Both the position numbers and the translations under genes were made by a program. From IMG/VR virus record IMGVR_UViG_3300005523_000005, positions 1 through 36,978 of that record: DNA of 36,978 bases; one strand, given 5' to 3'. The stretch comes from a virus (lineage: Duplodnaviria; Caudoviricetes). The notes beneath the pieces are model-generated. The model searched no databases, was not told where the DNA came from, and worked only from the letters and a program-made list of their open reading frames with translations. Below, piece after piece: positions 10,524-21,800 of the stretch (position 1 is its first letter; every line of letters begins with the position of its first letter).

Positions 10524-13500
10524 CGTCGCACGTACTGATACCTTTGAACAACAAAGGGTCAAAATCAATACCATTGCAACCCAAATATTTTCAATCTCTG
10601 CTGGTGGGTCTGACCTATCAACGGGTATTTTAAAACTTGGAGATGGTAGTCTTACCGTACCATCATTAGCATTTACTAATGAAGCTGGTTTAGGTTTCTT
10701 TAGACCAGAGAATAAAACTTTAGGTATTACATCTAGTGGCAAAAAATTGGTAAACTTTACCAATGCTGCATTCTATTCCTTTAAAGATGCTATTTGTCAG
10801 AAAAACATTATTTCTGATCTTGTTACCAGTAATCCTGGTTCTCTCTACGATGCAGGATCATTTACTAATGTACAATTATTAGGTGGTACTGGTGAAAACG
10901 CTACTGCTAATATTACTGTTACAGAATATATCTTTTCTCAGATTTCTGATGGTGTTGGTTATGATTATGGAACTTATAACGAAGCAGGTCTAGAAGGTGG
11001 TCAAGGTAACGACGATGCTACTATTGACTTTGAAGTTAAAGGTATTGAAGCAGATGTTACCAACACTGGTTCTGGATATCTGCCTGGTACGTACACAAGC
11101 GTCCCTGTACAGAACGTAAGTTCTTCTGGTAGTGGTGAAACTTGTACGGTAAATGTGGGCGGTACAGTCGATTATGGCGGTAGTATAACAAACGCTGGTT
11201 CTGGATACGATCTTGAGCCAGGTGCAACAGAAACAACATATGACAGAGTTATAGTTGCTGCAAACCCAGCAGCAACATATGTTGTTACTTCTGTATCCAA
11301 TCCTGGTAGTCCTCCACCTAACAACATTTACCAATTAAATGGATCAGACAATCCAGCACTAACTCTTGATAAAGGAAACACATATAGATTTGATATTTCA
11401 GATTCATCTATGAGTGGTCATCCACTAATTTTCCAAACAACAACTGCTAGTAGTCTTGATCCACAATACTTCCAAATAGTAGAACCTGCTAGTGGAACCT
11501 TTATTGATTTGGTTATCAAAGAAGATGCTCCTGATGGAGATATTGAATATGCTTGTCAACTTCATTCTGGCATGGGTAATACCATTACTGTTCAGAGTGG
11601 AACAACTGGTATTTACGGTCATGGAATGACTGCAGATGTTGTAGTTGGTTCTGCTAATACAGTTACTGGTTTCACTATTAAAAATATTGGTTCAGATTAC
11701 AGTCAAAACGATGTTGTATCTGCAGATATTCCTGGTGGTAGTGGATTTGAATACACATTAGGAAATCCAGTGTATCAAGGTACTGTATCATCTATTTCGT
11801 TTAATGACGATGGTAGTGGATATAATAAAAACGATACATTAACTGTTAACGATTCTGATATTGGTGGTAAAGGTGGATCTAATTTTGTCGCTACAATCAC
11901 AACACAACCAGGTGCCGTTGATAACTTCAGTTTTGTATCTAAAGGAACTGGATATCAGACAGGAGATAGACTAAAACTACCTGATGAAACAACAGGTGTT
12001 AACTGTACTGTTAACGGTACATATGCAGGTGAAATTAACTATACAGCTGGCAATGCTACTATTAGTGTTGATAGTACCGCTAACTTGAGAGTTGGCATGA
12101 GCATGAGTGGTTCTGCTGACTTTGAAGGAACTGAAACTATTGTTTCTATTAACAGTGGTACATCTGTTACTATGTCTGCTGCACCAACAGCAGACGGTAC
12201 TGCTGTTGTAGACTTCTCAACAATTGACCCTGCTGACCAACTTCAAGTAAGCAGCACTGTTGGTATCTACAAGGGAATGATTATTACATTCACTTCTGGT
12301 ACTGGATCACTAGGAACTGGTGAGATTACTGTAGACGAAGTTGATAGAGCAAACAACGTTGTTACGATGTCTGAAGACGCTGAGGCTCCAGGTACTGCTG
12401 TAGCAACATTTACTCCTGAATATGGTGCAAATCCATCTACAGATTGGGAGATTGAAGTTGGAACTCTAGGTGTTATTGATGCTGCAAGTATTGCTAATCC
12501 AGGTAATGGTTATGAATTCCAAGATATTCTATCAATCAATCCTATCTCTCTAGTTGCTCCACAGACTTTTTCAGTAACTAATATTGATACTCAGAAGATT
12601 GATTTTACTACAACTATTGCAGATGCAACCATGGTTGTTGGTGATGTCTTAACAGATGGTGGAGAGAAGACAGCAACTATTATATTCAAAAATAGTATTG
12701 GTGGTAATGTAGACTACGTTCTAGTTCAAGAAGGTGAATTTGCGACATCTGATACTGTTAGTGTTCAAAGAACTGGTGGTAGTTATACACCAAACACAAT
12801 TAAAGATGGTTACAGATATCTAATCAATAATCAACTAGAACCAACTATTACCATGTACAGTGGTGATACTTATGACTGGGATGTATCTAACGATAGTAAC
12901 GATGGTCACATCTTAGCATTCAGTGCATTCCCCGATGGTCCTAATGGTCCTAGTAAAATCGAGGATGTTGCTGTAACTACTGCTCAATCTTCACTTGCTA
13001 TTAGTGTTCCTAGTACAACTGGTATCTTAGCAGGAATGGAAGTTGTCTTGACTGCAGGTCAAGGTATTGTTGCTGGAACTAAGGTTGCGTCTGTTGATAG
13101 TGCAACAAGTATTACATTAGATACTGCTGCTCTTATTGCTGGTACTTGTACTTGTACTTTCCGTGGTGTTGAATATACCAACGGTGTTGAAAGACTTAGT
13201 GGTATTGTTAGATTTAGACCATCAGCAGATACTCCAAATCCACTTTACTACTACTGTAAAGCAGTTAGTGCTGGTCACGATGATGAGGGTGGAACCGATG
13301 GTAATGAAGTAGCAATGACGGTTGATCAGAACAACCCTAGGGTATTTGGTTCTGACGCTGAATTTATCGTTGCTCAGGTTACTCAAGTTGATACTATTGT
13401 AAATGATGTTGAAACTGGAACTATCACATTAAGTGATGTACAGTCATTATCAGGAACAATTGGAACTCTTAATTCTACTACTGGTAATGCTTCAATTTGG

Positions 13501-15336
13501 GAAGCATCTAATCGTGTAAAGACTCCTCTAATTGAGGGTACTACCGATGTTGGTGGTATGACTATTGCTAGTTCTTCCACAATCTTTACTGGTGCTATTA
13601 ATATCAATGATTTGATTCAGATGAGTCATATTACTGGTAATATTCAAACCAGTGGTGAAGTTAAAACTACTACAAGATTTAACGTTAATGACAAGATTAG
13701 ACTTGCAGAAAATGTTATCTCAACAACATCTACTGATGACCTTGAGTTAAGAGCATTTACTGGAAAACTTGTTAAGTGTACTAACAATACTGCATTAGTC
13801 ATTCCATCAGGTAGTGATTCTGAAAGACCTACAACTGATGCACAAAATGGTGCTATTAGATTTAATACCAACACCAAACAGTATGAAGGATATAGTGAAG
13901 ATACTTCTACATGGTCTTCTCTTGGTGGTGTTAGAGACTTAGATGGTAATACTACAATCTTAGCAGAAGAATCTATTGGTGCAAATGACAACACTTTATG
14001 GTTTATTAATGATGGTGACAACTCTGTTAAGTTTACTAAAAATCACCTATCATTTGAATCTGCTAAGAATATTAGATCTTCAAATACTGCTGCCCCTAAC
14101 TATCAGAACTGGGTTGCTAACGTAGCAGTTACTGTTGGACTATACCTCAAGTATGAGAACAACATCTTTGAAGTAATGGTTGCTGGTACTACTGCTACCA
14201 GTGGTAACCCACCACTAGATGATAGTGGTACTCAGTTTGTTAACGGTACTGCAGAACTTAAATGGACTCACCTTGCAGTTGGACCTCTAGTCTTCAGTGA
14301 AATTGAAGAGATGAGAATTGGACCTACTGGTAACCTTCCTCTATCAATTAATGGTGATTTAAGATTTGCAGATAATACTATTTCAACAGATGTTAATGAC
14401 TTGATTATCAGACCAAACTCTGGTAAGAAAGTTGTTATTGATGCTGCTTCTTCACTTAGTATTCCTGTTGGTAGTGATAACGAAAGAGGTGTTTCTATTC
14501 GTGGTTCTGTAAGATTTAATACAGATTCTCTCCAGTTTGAAGGATACGACGGAACTAACTGGGGTTCTCTTGGTGGTGTTAAAGACGTTGATCAGAATAC
14601 TTACATTATTCCTGAGACTTCACCTGGCGCTAATGAGAATATTCTATACTTCTTTAATGATAACAACAATACTCTCAGACTATCCACAACCCACCTTGAT
14701 TTTGATACAATTGATACAGTAAGATCTGTAACTAGTGATGAGTTTGAATTGACTGCATCTCTGCTTACTATTAATGGTGCAGATACTACGTTAGATAACA
14801 CTTCAGGAACCAATACTTTCCTACATTCTGCAAAGCAGTTCTTTGACATTGGTATTTCTGCTGGTTTGACTGTTGATCCAATCTTACGTTTGGACAATGA
14901 AGGAGATCTTACATTTAACGTAGGATTTGGTTCTGGTGTGTTTAGTGGAGTTAAACTATATGATAAAGAACTTAAGAGTACTGAGATGACAGATATTAGA
15001 ATTACTTCTAAGGATCTGAATTTAGTTAAAGGAACTACAGAGGTTACAGGTACAATCATCTATACAACTGCAACTGAACTTTCTGCTAAGGTTGTTGTTA
15101 CTGCACACAATCCAACTACTGGAGATAAAGAGTTCATTGAATTTGGAGTTCTTGATGATGGGACTGACGTTATCTTTACTGAGTATGGAAACATTCGTAC
15201 TGACATTAGTTTGATTACTCCTAATTTCGTATACACCGAAAATAATGAAGTGCGTCTAAATATCAACGTAGGTAGTGGTGTGGCAGATACTCAAGCTGTT
15301 AATATCACGGTAGTTTCACACGTTACTAAGAAATAA
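10510..15336 (+). CDS. large virion structural protein (baseplate/short-fibre type) with GxGY beta repeats and cupredoxin-like modules
   Basis: 1608 aa. N-terminal VARTDTFEQQRVKIN resembles T4-like fibre/whisker attachment N-termini. Gly/Thr/Ser-rich GSGY repeats; duplicated IPxGSDxER...RFNT...EGY...WxSLGG module. Confidence 0.75.
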   Translation: MPAVNVARTDTFEQQRVKINTIATQIFSISAGGSDLSTGILKLGDGSLTVPSLAFTNEAGLGFFRPENKTLGITSSGKKLVNFTNAAFYSFKDAICQKNIISDLVTSNPGSLYDAGSFTNVQLLGGTGENATANITVTEYIFSQISDGVGYDYGTYNEAGLEGGQGNDDATIDFEVKGIEADVTNTGSGYLPGTYTSVPVQNVSSSGSGETCTVNVGGTVDYGGSITNAGSGYDLEPGATETTYDRVIVAANPAATYVVTSVSNPGSPPPNNIYQLNGSDNPALTLDKGNTYRFDISDSSMSGHPLIFQTTTASSLDPQYFQIVEPASGTFIDLVIKEDAPDGDIEYACQLHSGMGNTITVQSGTTGIYGHGMTADVVVGSANTVTGFTIKNIGSDYSQNDVVSADIPGGSGFEYTLGNPVYQGTVSSISFNDDGSGYNKNDTLTVNDSDIGGKGGSNFVATITTQPGAVDNFSFVSKGTGYQTGDRLKLPDETTGVNCTVNGTYAGEINYTAGNATISVDSTANLRVGMSMSGSADFEGTETIVSINSGTSVTMSAAPTADGTAVVDFSTIDPADQLQVSSTVGIYKGMIITFTSGTGSLGTGEITVDEVDRANNVVTMSEDAEAPGTAVATFTPEYGANPSTDWEIEVGTLGVIDAASIANPGNGYEFQDILSINPISLVAPQTFSVTNIDTQKIDFTTTIADATMVVGDVLTDGGEKTATIIFKNSIGGNVDYVLVQEGEFATSDTVSVQRTGGSYTPNTIKDGYRYLINNQLEPTITMYSGDTYDWDVSNDSNDGHILAFSAFPDGPNGPSKIEDVAVTTAQSSLAISVPSTTGILAGMEVVLTAGQGIVAGTKVASVDSATSITLDTAALIAGTCTCTFRGVEYTNGVERLSGIVRFRPSADTPNPLYYYCKAVSAGHDDEGGTDGNEVAMTVDQNNPRVFGSDAEFIVAQVTQVDTIVNDVETGTITLSDVQSLSGTIGTLNSTTGNASIWEASNRVKTPLIEGTTDVGGMTIASSSTIFTGAININDLIQMSHITGNIQTSGEVKTTTRFNVNDKIRLAENVISTTSTDDLELRAFTGKLVKCTNNTALVIPSGSDSERPTTDAQNGAIRFNTNTKQYEGYSEDTSTWSSLGGVRDLDGNTTILAEESIGANDNTLWFINDGDNSVKFTKNHLSFESAKNIRSSNTAAPNYQNWVANVAVTVGLYLKYENNIFEVMVAGTTATSGNPPLDDSGTQFVNGTAELKWTHLAVGPLVFSEIEEMRIGPTGNLPLSINGDLRFADNTISTDVNDLIIRPNSGKKVVIDAASSLSIPVGSDNERGVSIRGSVRFNTDSLQFEGYDGTNWGSLGGVKDVDQNTYIIPETSPGANENILYFFNDNNNTLRLSTTHLDFDTIDTVRSVTSDEFELTASLLTINGADTTLDNTSGTNTFLHSAKQFFDIGISAGLTVDPILRLDNEGDLTFNVGFGSGVFSGVKLYDKELKSTEMTDIRITSKDLNLVKGTTEVTGTIIYTTATELSAKVVVTAHNPTTGDKEFIEFGVLDDGTDVIFTEYGNIRTDISLITPNFVYTENNEVRLNINVGSGVADTQAVNITVVSHVTKK
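13690..14706 (+). repeat. tandem duplication of a ~120-aa module in the 1608-aa protein (13690-14058 and 14356-14706)
   Basis: RLAENVIST..DDL..GK..LVIPSGSDSER..GAIRFNT..YEGY..WSSLGGVRDLDGNTTI..GANDNTLWFIND versus RFADNTIST..NDL..GK..LSIPVGSDNER..GSVRFNT..FEGY..WGSLGGVKDVDQNTYI..GANENILYFFND. Confidence 0.85.
15255..15262 (+). promoter_or_regulatory. possible late promoter TCTAAATA
   Basis: Motif ends 76 nt upstream of ATG 15339, inside the upstream gene. Confidence 0.45.
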
Positions 15337-15338
15337 AA

Positions 15339-15839
15339 ATGGCATCTATTAAAGAGAAGCTCGACTCAGTTGGTGGATTTTCAATCGACAAGACTGTTGT
15401 AGTCGATGAAAATAGAAACGGAAAGGATTTCAACACTTTTGAAATAAGAAATCGTCATTTTAGTGACAGTAAGATTCACACTTTTATTCTTAGAGGTACT
15501 AATACTGCTGTACTAGCACTTGACGATGTTGGAACTCAAATCACAATTGATCCAAATACTGTTAATTTTATTACTGGACATATTCTTGGTGTAAATCCTC
15601 AAGGTACTGTGTTCACAGCAAAGATTGAATCTACTGTACATGCAAATGCTTCTGGCGTTGTCACATGTTTGTCTTCTATGACAACTGTAATTAAAGATGA
15701 CGTACCAGACGGACAAACTTGGTCTATTGCACCTATTGGATCTCTAAACAGATTTAGCTACTCTACAACCAGAGCAGGTACTACAAACACTATTAAGTGG
15801 GTTGTTTGTACTCAAATTATTGCTATCGATTGGCAGTAG
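15339..15839 (+). CDS. conserved cyanophage hypothetical / virion structural protein
   Basis: 166-aa beta-rich ORF, 2 nt after the previous stop, with normal phage codon usage, between two structural genes. Confidence 0.75.
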   Translation: MASIKEKLDSVGGFSIDKTVVVDENRNGKDFNTFEIRNRHFSDSKIHTFILRGTNTAVLALDDVGTQITIDPNTVNFITGHILGVNPQGTVFTAKIESTVHANASGVVTCLSSMTTVIKDDVPDGQTWSIAPIGSLNRFSYSTTRAGTTNTIKWVVCTQIIAIDWQ

Positions 15840-15840
15840 T

Positions 15841-15848
15841 GCTAAATA
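15841..15848 (+). promoter_or_regulatory. late promoter GCTAAATA
   Basis: Intergenic, upstream of ATG 15884 and followed by a GGCGGAG RBS-like element, the same layout as at 2131-2173. Confidence 0.65.
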
Positions 15849-15883
15849 AAACAGAGGAAAAATAGGCGGAGCTAAACAGCACC

Positions 15884-18800
15884 ATGAGTTTTAATATCAA
15901 TTCCGATAAAGAGTTTATTAGGGGAGGCGCACCCAAACTCGTCGGTGATAATGAACTAACCATCAGAGGTGGTACAGGGTCATCTGAACGCGAAATTTTA
16001 CGTACACAGCTTGACGAAGTTACGGGATTGCCACGTGTTGGTATCAACCGAACTGGACAAAGAGTTAATAATATTACTATTCTAACACCAGGTTCTGGAT
16101 ACAGTACTGCTCCTAGTGTTACTATTGGACCTCCTAACGTAGCAGGTGGTATCCAAGCCCTCGCCTCCGCTTTCATCTTCAATGGTCAGGTTGTTAACAT
16201 CGCCATTAACAACCCAGGTTCTGGATATACTGTTGCTCCCTCTGTAACAATCACTAGCGAACAAGGTTTTGGTGCAACTGCTGAATCTGCTCTTGATACT
16301 GTTGACTTTGAACTTGACATCAACGGTGCTATTAGAACTTCAACCTCTATCATTTCTGATACGGCGAGAATTCTAAACCTTGATATTGATAACTTTATTA
16401 CTCCTGACGCCAACTTCAGAGCACCATATCTGAAGAACTTTATGAATAACACTGGTATCCCTTGGGATGGCAATGTTATTATTCAGGAAAATTCCTACAG
16501 ATATTTTGGTGCTAACGTTTATCAGGCACTTAATACTGGTAAGACTGATCCAGATGATGCTCCAACACATATCGATGGTGTAGAACTAAACGGAGAAGTT
16601 CAGTTCAGACACATTGGTTTCCGCGTCCAAGACGAAAATTCTTTCGCATATAATCAAACAGGTGACGATGGTATTTTCCCTCGTTCTGTAACACCTCTAC
16701 TTGGTGATAGATCAAACAAAATTGCAACTACAGAATACGTCCTTAACCTAGCAACGAATGACGTTGGTGGACGTATTTACGTTTCACAGCAGATTGGTAG
16801 TGACGAAAACGATGGTCGTTCTGCTGTAAACCCTGTTAGAACTGTTAAGAAAGCAGCACAATTAGCATGGACAACTCCTGGTGTTAAAGAAACTATTATT
16901 GTTTCTGGTGGAGATTATGTAGAAGATAACCCAATTTCACTACCTCCTGATGCGTCAGTTGTTGGTGATAACTTACGTTTGGTTATCATCCGTCCTGGTA
17001 ATCCTGGTAAACACATCTTTAAGTTCGGTGATAAGAACTATGTGATTGGTGTTACCTATAGAGATAAAGTTGACTCAATTGGAGATCCTGTCTCTACTTG
17101 GGACTTTGCTATGGTATTTGATGATAAGCAAAGAATTATCATCGACCAAGACACTAATGGAGACGCTGGTGTTAATTTCCCAGTTGGTCACCAGATTTTT
17201 GGACCTGATCAGTTCCGTGTTAGATTCCAAGAGAACACTGGTTTATCAAATCTACAAACTGGTCAAGAGGTTATTGGTCTTAACACTGGTTCTAGAGCAA
17301 ACATTATTGGTGTTGAATTCGATCAAACAGTTGGTGTTGGATCGTACTTAACTGGTACACTGGATGTTACCCTAACCAGTGGTTCTTTCCTAGAGGGTGA
17401 AAGTTTTAATTATATTGTTGCAGGTACTGCAGGATCAGATCTTGGACTTACTGTAACTGAAACTACTGGTGAAATGCAGTTAAAACTAACTGATGATCCA
17501 TCTTCAGATATTCCACCAGGTACATATGTTTATCTTGATGATACTGACGATATTGATTTCACTACAGGTTTCTATGAAGTTAAAGAAATCATCGATGATG
17601 ATGCTCCCAGCTACTGGCTTGTAAATTTTGTACCTATTTTAGACTCTCCTACATGGGATAGTACTAGAACAGCAAATATTGATTTACTTTCAGCAAATAT
17701 TGTTGTAGAAAGAATTGATACCACATCTCTAAAATCAATTAGAGCTGAGGGTGAAGTTGTTGAAATTAATGAAGATATTGTTTCTGAATTACCAATTGCA
17801 AGACTTGACTTCTCTCTACAAGGAGATCCAAGTATTACTCAAAATGGTTTCCAAAATGAACAGTTTGGTAACGCAGAAGATATTGGTGGTGTTATAGTCT
17901 ACACCAATGAACTAGTTGGTAGAGATAACTTCCACGAATTTAAAGAAGGTCAAGAAATTGTTATTGAAGGTCTTCCAACAAATGCACCAGATTTATCAGC
18001 TCTTAATGGTAAGCAAAGAATCTATAAGGTTCTATACGATGCTGATGGTCGTGCAAGACGTTTTGTTATTCCAAAGAAATATCCTGGTGTAACAAATGCA
18101 AACTTTGATCCAGGTCAAAACGCAATTGTAAAGTCTTACTCCAAGTCTGTTACATTATCACTACTAAACTCTCCAAACACATTCCCTCTATCTACTCCTG
18201 TAGAAAGAAGATATCAAGACGCCTCTCAATTACTACGTAATAACAGAGACTTTATTGCTGATGAAGTTGTTGGTAGAATTAACAATGAATTTAGTAAAGA
18301 TTATTATGCAGCATATGATATTGGTGGTACACCAACTAATCAGTTTACCCCAAGTAATGCTGATTATGATCCAATTTCTGGTTTACTTACATTTACAGTT
18401 ACTGGTCATGGATTAGATATTGGTGATGGTATTAGAGTCGCTGACGATTCTATTGTATTTGTCTGTGCCATGGATGGTTACAGGACAGAGCATTCTAACC
18501 CACAAATTCACCATTATTCTAGAGGTAAGTCTTTACCTATCTTATCTAAAACAAACGATACCTTTACAGTTTACGTAGGTAAGACAAAAACTAACCAAGA
18601 ATTTACACCATCTAATGCAATCTATGATCCTTCAACAGGTATCATGGAACTTACTGTTGGAACTCATGGACTTGCTGTTGGTGAAGGTGTTGTATTTGAA
18701 CCTAATTCACTTTCGTTCACTTGCAACATGGACGGTAATTCGTCCGTTAAGACATATCCACGTGTTGGTATTGACCCATATGCTCAGAGATCAGTTCCTC

Positions 18801-21800
18801 TAACTGCGGTTACAGATACTACAATCTCTATGAATATTGGTATTCCTAGAGACGATGTATATTTCACTCCAACTGATGCTGTTTACACTCCTAGCACTGG
18901 AGAAATGACCATTACCATTGGACAGCATGGTCTTGGAGTTGGTAGAAACATTGTTATTAACAACAACGCCTTAACATTTACTTGTACCAAGGATGGTAAT
19001 GCTACTCAGCATACTTATCCTAGATCAACTGACCCTGCATCTAACAAATCTCTTGATATTACTGCAGTAGGACATACAACTCATACTCCAACTGATGCTG
19101 TATATGATGCAGCAACTGGCGTTATTGAGATTACTGTTAGTAATCATGGATTCTCTAATGGAGATTACGTTAAACTCGATGATGATGCTCTCACATATAC
19201 ATGTGATCTAAATGGTAATATTGACAACCATTCATATCCTAGAGCAGGAATGGATAAGTCAAGTGGACGTTGGTTTGCAATTAATAATAAAACTCAAAAC
19301 ACATTTGAAATTAATGTTGGAACTTCTTCTTACACTGGTAATCATACATTTGTAAGTGCTGTTGCTGATTCACTACAGAGACAAACTGGAACTATCACAG
19401 TTAATGTTGGTGCTTCTGCCCCTGCTGATCAGTATCCTCATACATTTGTTACTGGTGCTGCAGGATCTATTAAGCATCTACCACGACAAACTCACACATT
19501 TGCTGGTGCAACTAATGGTGCTGTTAAGCATTTACCACAATCTGCACACCAGTTCAGAAGAGCAGCTACTAATGCATTAAGCACTGGTGGTTCTGACTTT
19601 AAGATTTACCTTGGACCTACTACAGATGCACATACTTATGTAAGTGGTGGTACTGTAGACTTTGGTGGACAACAATTTAATGTCACTAACTTTGTTTATG
19701 ATCACATTGCTGGTTTTGCTACCGTTACAACCTCTGCTCCAGTTCCAAATCTAGCAGAAGATTCAGTTGTTAAGATTGCTGATATTGTTGTATCTTGCCC
19801 TCAAGGACAAAAGAAATATCCAGCATTTAATATTCGTCTTGGTGATGATCAATGTCGTCAAGACGTTGTTCACTTCATTAATGCTCTAGTTAGAGACCTT
19901 GAATTTGGTTCAAACTTTAACATCATTGAAGGTGCTGAGAAGTATATTGTTGGTGCTAAGATTGGATTTGTTGAGAATGAGATCATTCAAACTGTTCGTG
20001 CAGTTGAGTATACTAGACAACTAGCAATTACTTGTATGAGAAACTGGAGGACTGGAAACGGTACTCCTAATGATCCTATCTACACTCCTGTATTCTCATC
20101 TCTACCAAGATACTTTGATGATACTATTATTACATCAACTGCTACCAATGCACAAGGTGTTGCTTGTGATGATGTAAGAGCTGCTATTGATACTCTATCA
20201 TTCTTATGGGTAGATGTTCTAGCAAATAATTCTTCTGGAACATATCTTGATGCTGCATACTTGATTGCGAGAAACAAGGATGCTATTGCTGAGCAAGCAC
20301 TTGCAGATACAGAAAATAGATATCCAACACTATCACTTAGTGATGTAGATCAGAGAAAATGTCGTAGAGATATTAGATTAGTTCTTGGTGCTCTAATCAG
20401 AGACCTTGTACTTGGTGGTAACTCTGGTATTGTTACTAATGCAGAATTGTATTATACAGGTGCTGCACTAACTGGTATTGATTCTGGATTCTTACCACAA
20501 ACTAGATACGCTTTTGAAAGAGTTGAATATTACGCAAAGGCAGCAATGCGTAACTGGTCTAGTGGTGACGTTGTTCAGACTACTCCATCATTTGCATCAT
20601 ACGATTCAAGTAATGGAAACATCACTGTTAGTTTCCCTGATCCAACTCAATCAATCACAACGAATGATAAGATTGCATTCCAAGAAGGTGGTCTAACATT
20701 TACTTGTGATCAAGATAGTGATGCTACAGAACATGCATATCCAAGAGAATCTGATCCATATTATGGTAAGAGTATTGATATTGTTGCTGTCTCATCTAAC
20801 AGTGGAGTTACTACTGTAACATGTAATGTTGGTATTGCAGGAACTGCAGCTGGTTCTACTCATTCATTTGTATCTGCTGCAACAAATAAAACACTTATTA
20901 TCTACAATCCAATTGAGATAAGTACTCCAATTCCTATCTTTGAAGATTGGAATATCTTAACTGATTCTAGTGGATCTGCTGCTATTGCAATTCACACTCC
21001 AACTAATGCTACTTACAACCCTGCTAATGGTGATTTCGTAGTTACTGTTGATAACCATGGATTAACTACATCCAACACAATCCGTATTGCACCTGAATCA
21101 TTCACATTCACTTGTGCAATGGATGGTAATAAAACTGAACACTATCTACCAGGTCTCGGACAACAGGCATATGGAAACTCTCTACAGATTACTGGTACAA
21201 CTCAAAATACTTATACCGTTAATGTTGGTGCTTCTGGTCCCGATCAACAGTGGACTCCATCTGATGCAACATACAATCCAACTACTGGTATTTTAGAATT
21301 AACTCTTGGTGAAGATCATGGATTAAATCCAGGCGTAGGTATTATCATTGAACCTAATTCATTGACATTTACCTGTGATATGGATAATAATGATTCTCAG
21401 AAGACGTATCCACGTCCTGGAATCGATCCATTTGGTTCAAGATCAATCCCTGTTTCTTCTGTTACTGAAACAACTGTTAGTGTTAATATTGGTATTGCTC
21501 CTCCCAACAGATACTTCACTCCAGTATGGGCAAATTATACAGCAAATACTGGTCAACTAGATTTCTATCTTGGTCAACATGGTCTAGGTGTAGGACGCAA
21601 TATTGTTATAGAAAATGATTCATTAACCTTCTCTTGTGATCAAGACGGTTATGCTACTGATCATACTTATCCTCGTGCTGGAACTGATCCACAAGCAGGT
21701 AAGTCTATTGCTATTACTGCTGTTGAGAAGAGTTTACATACACCAACTGATGCTCCATACGATGCAGCAACTGGTGAGATTACATTTACAGTTCCTGATC

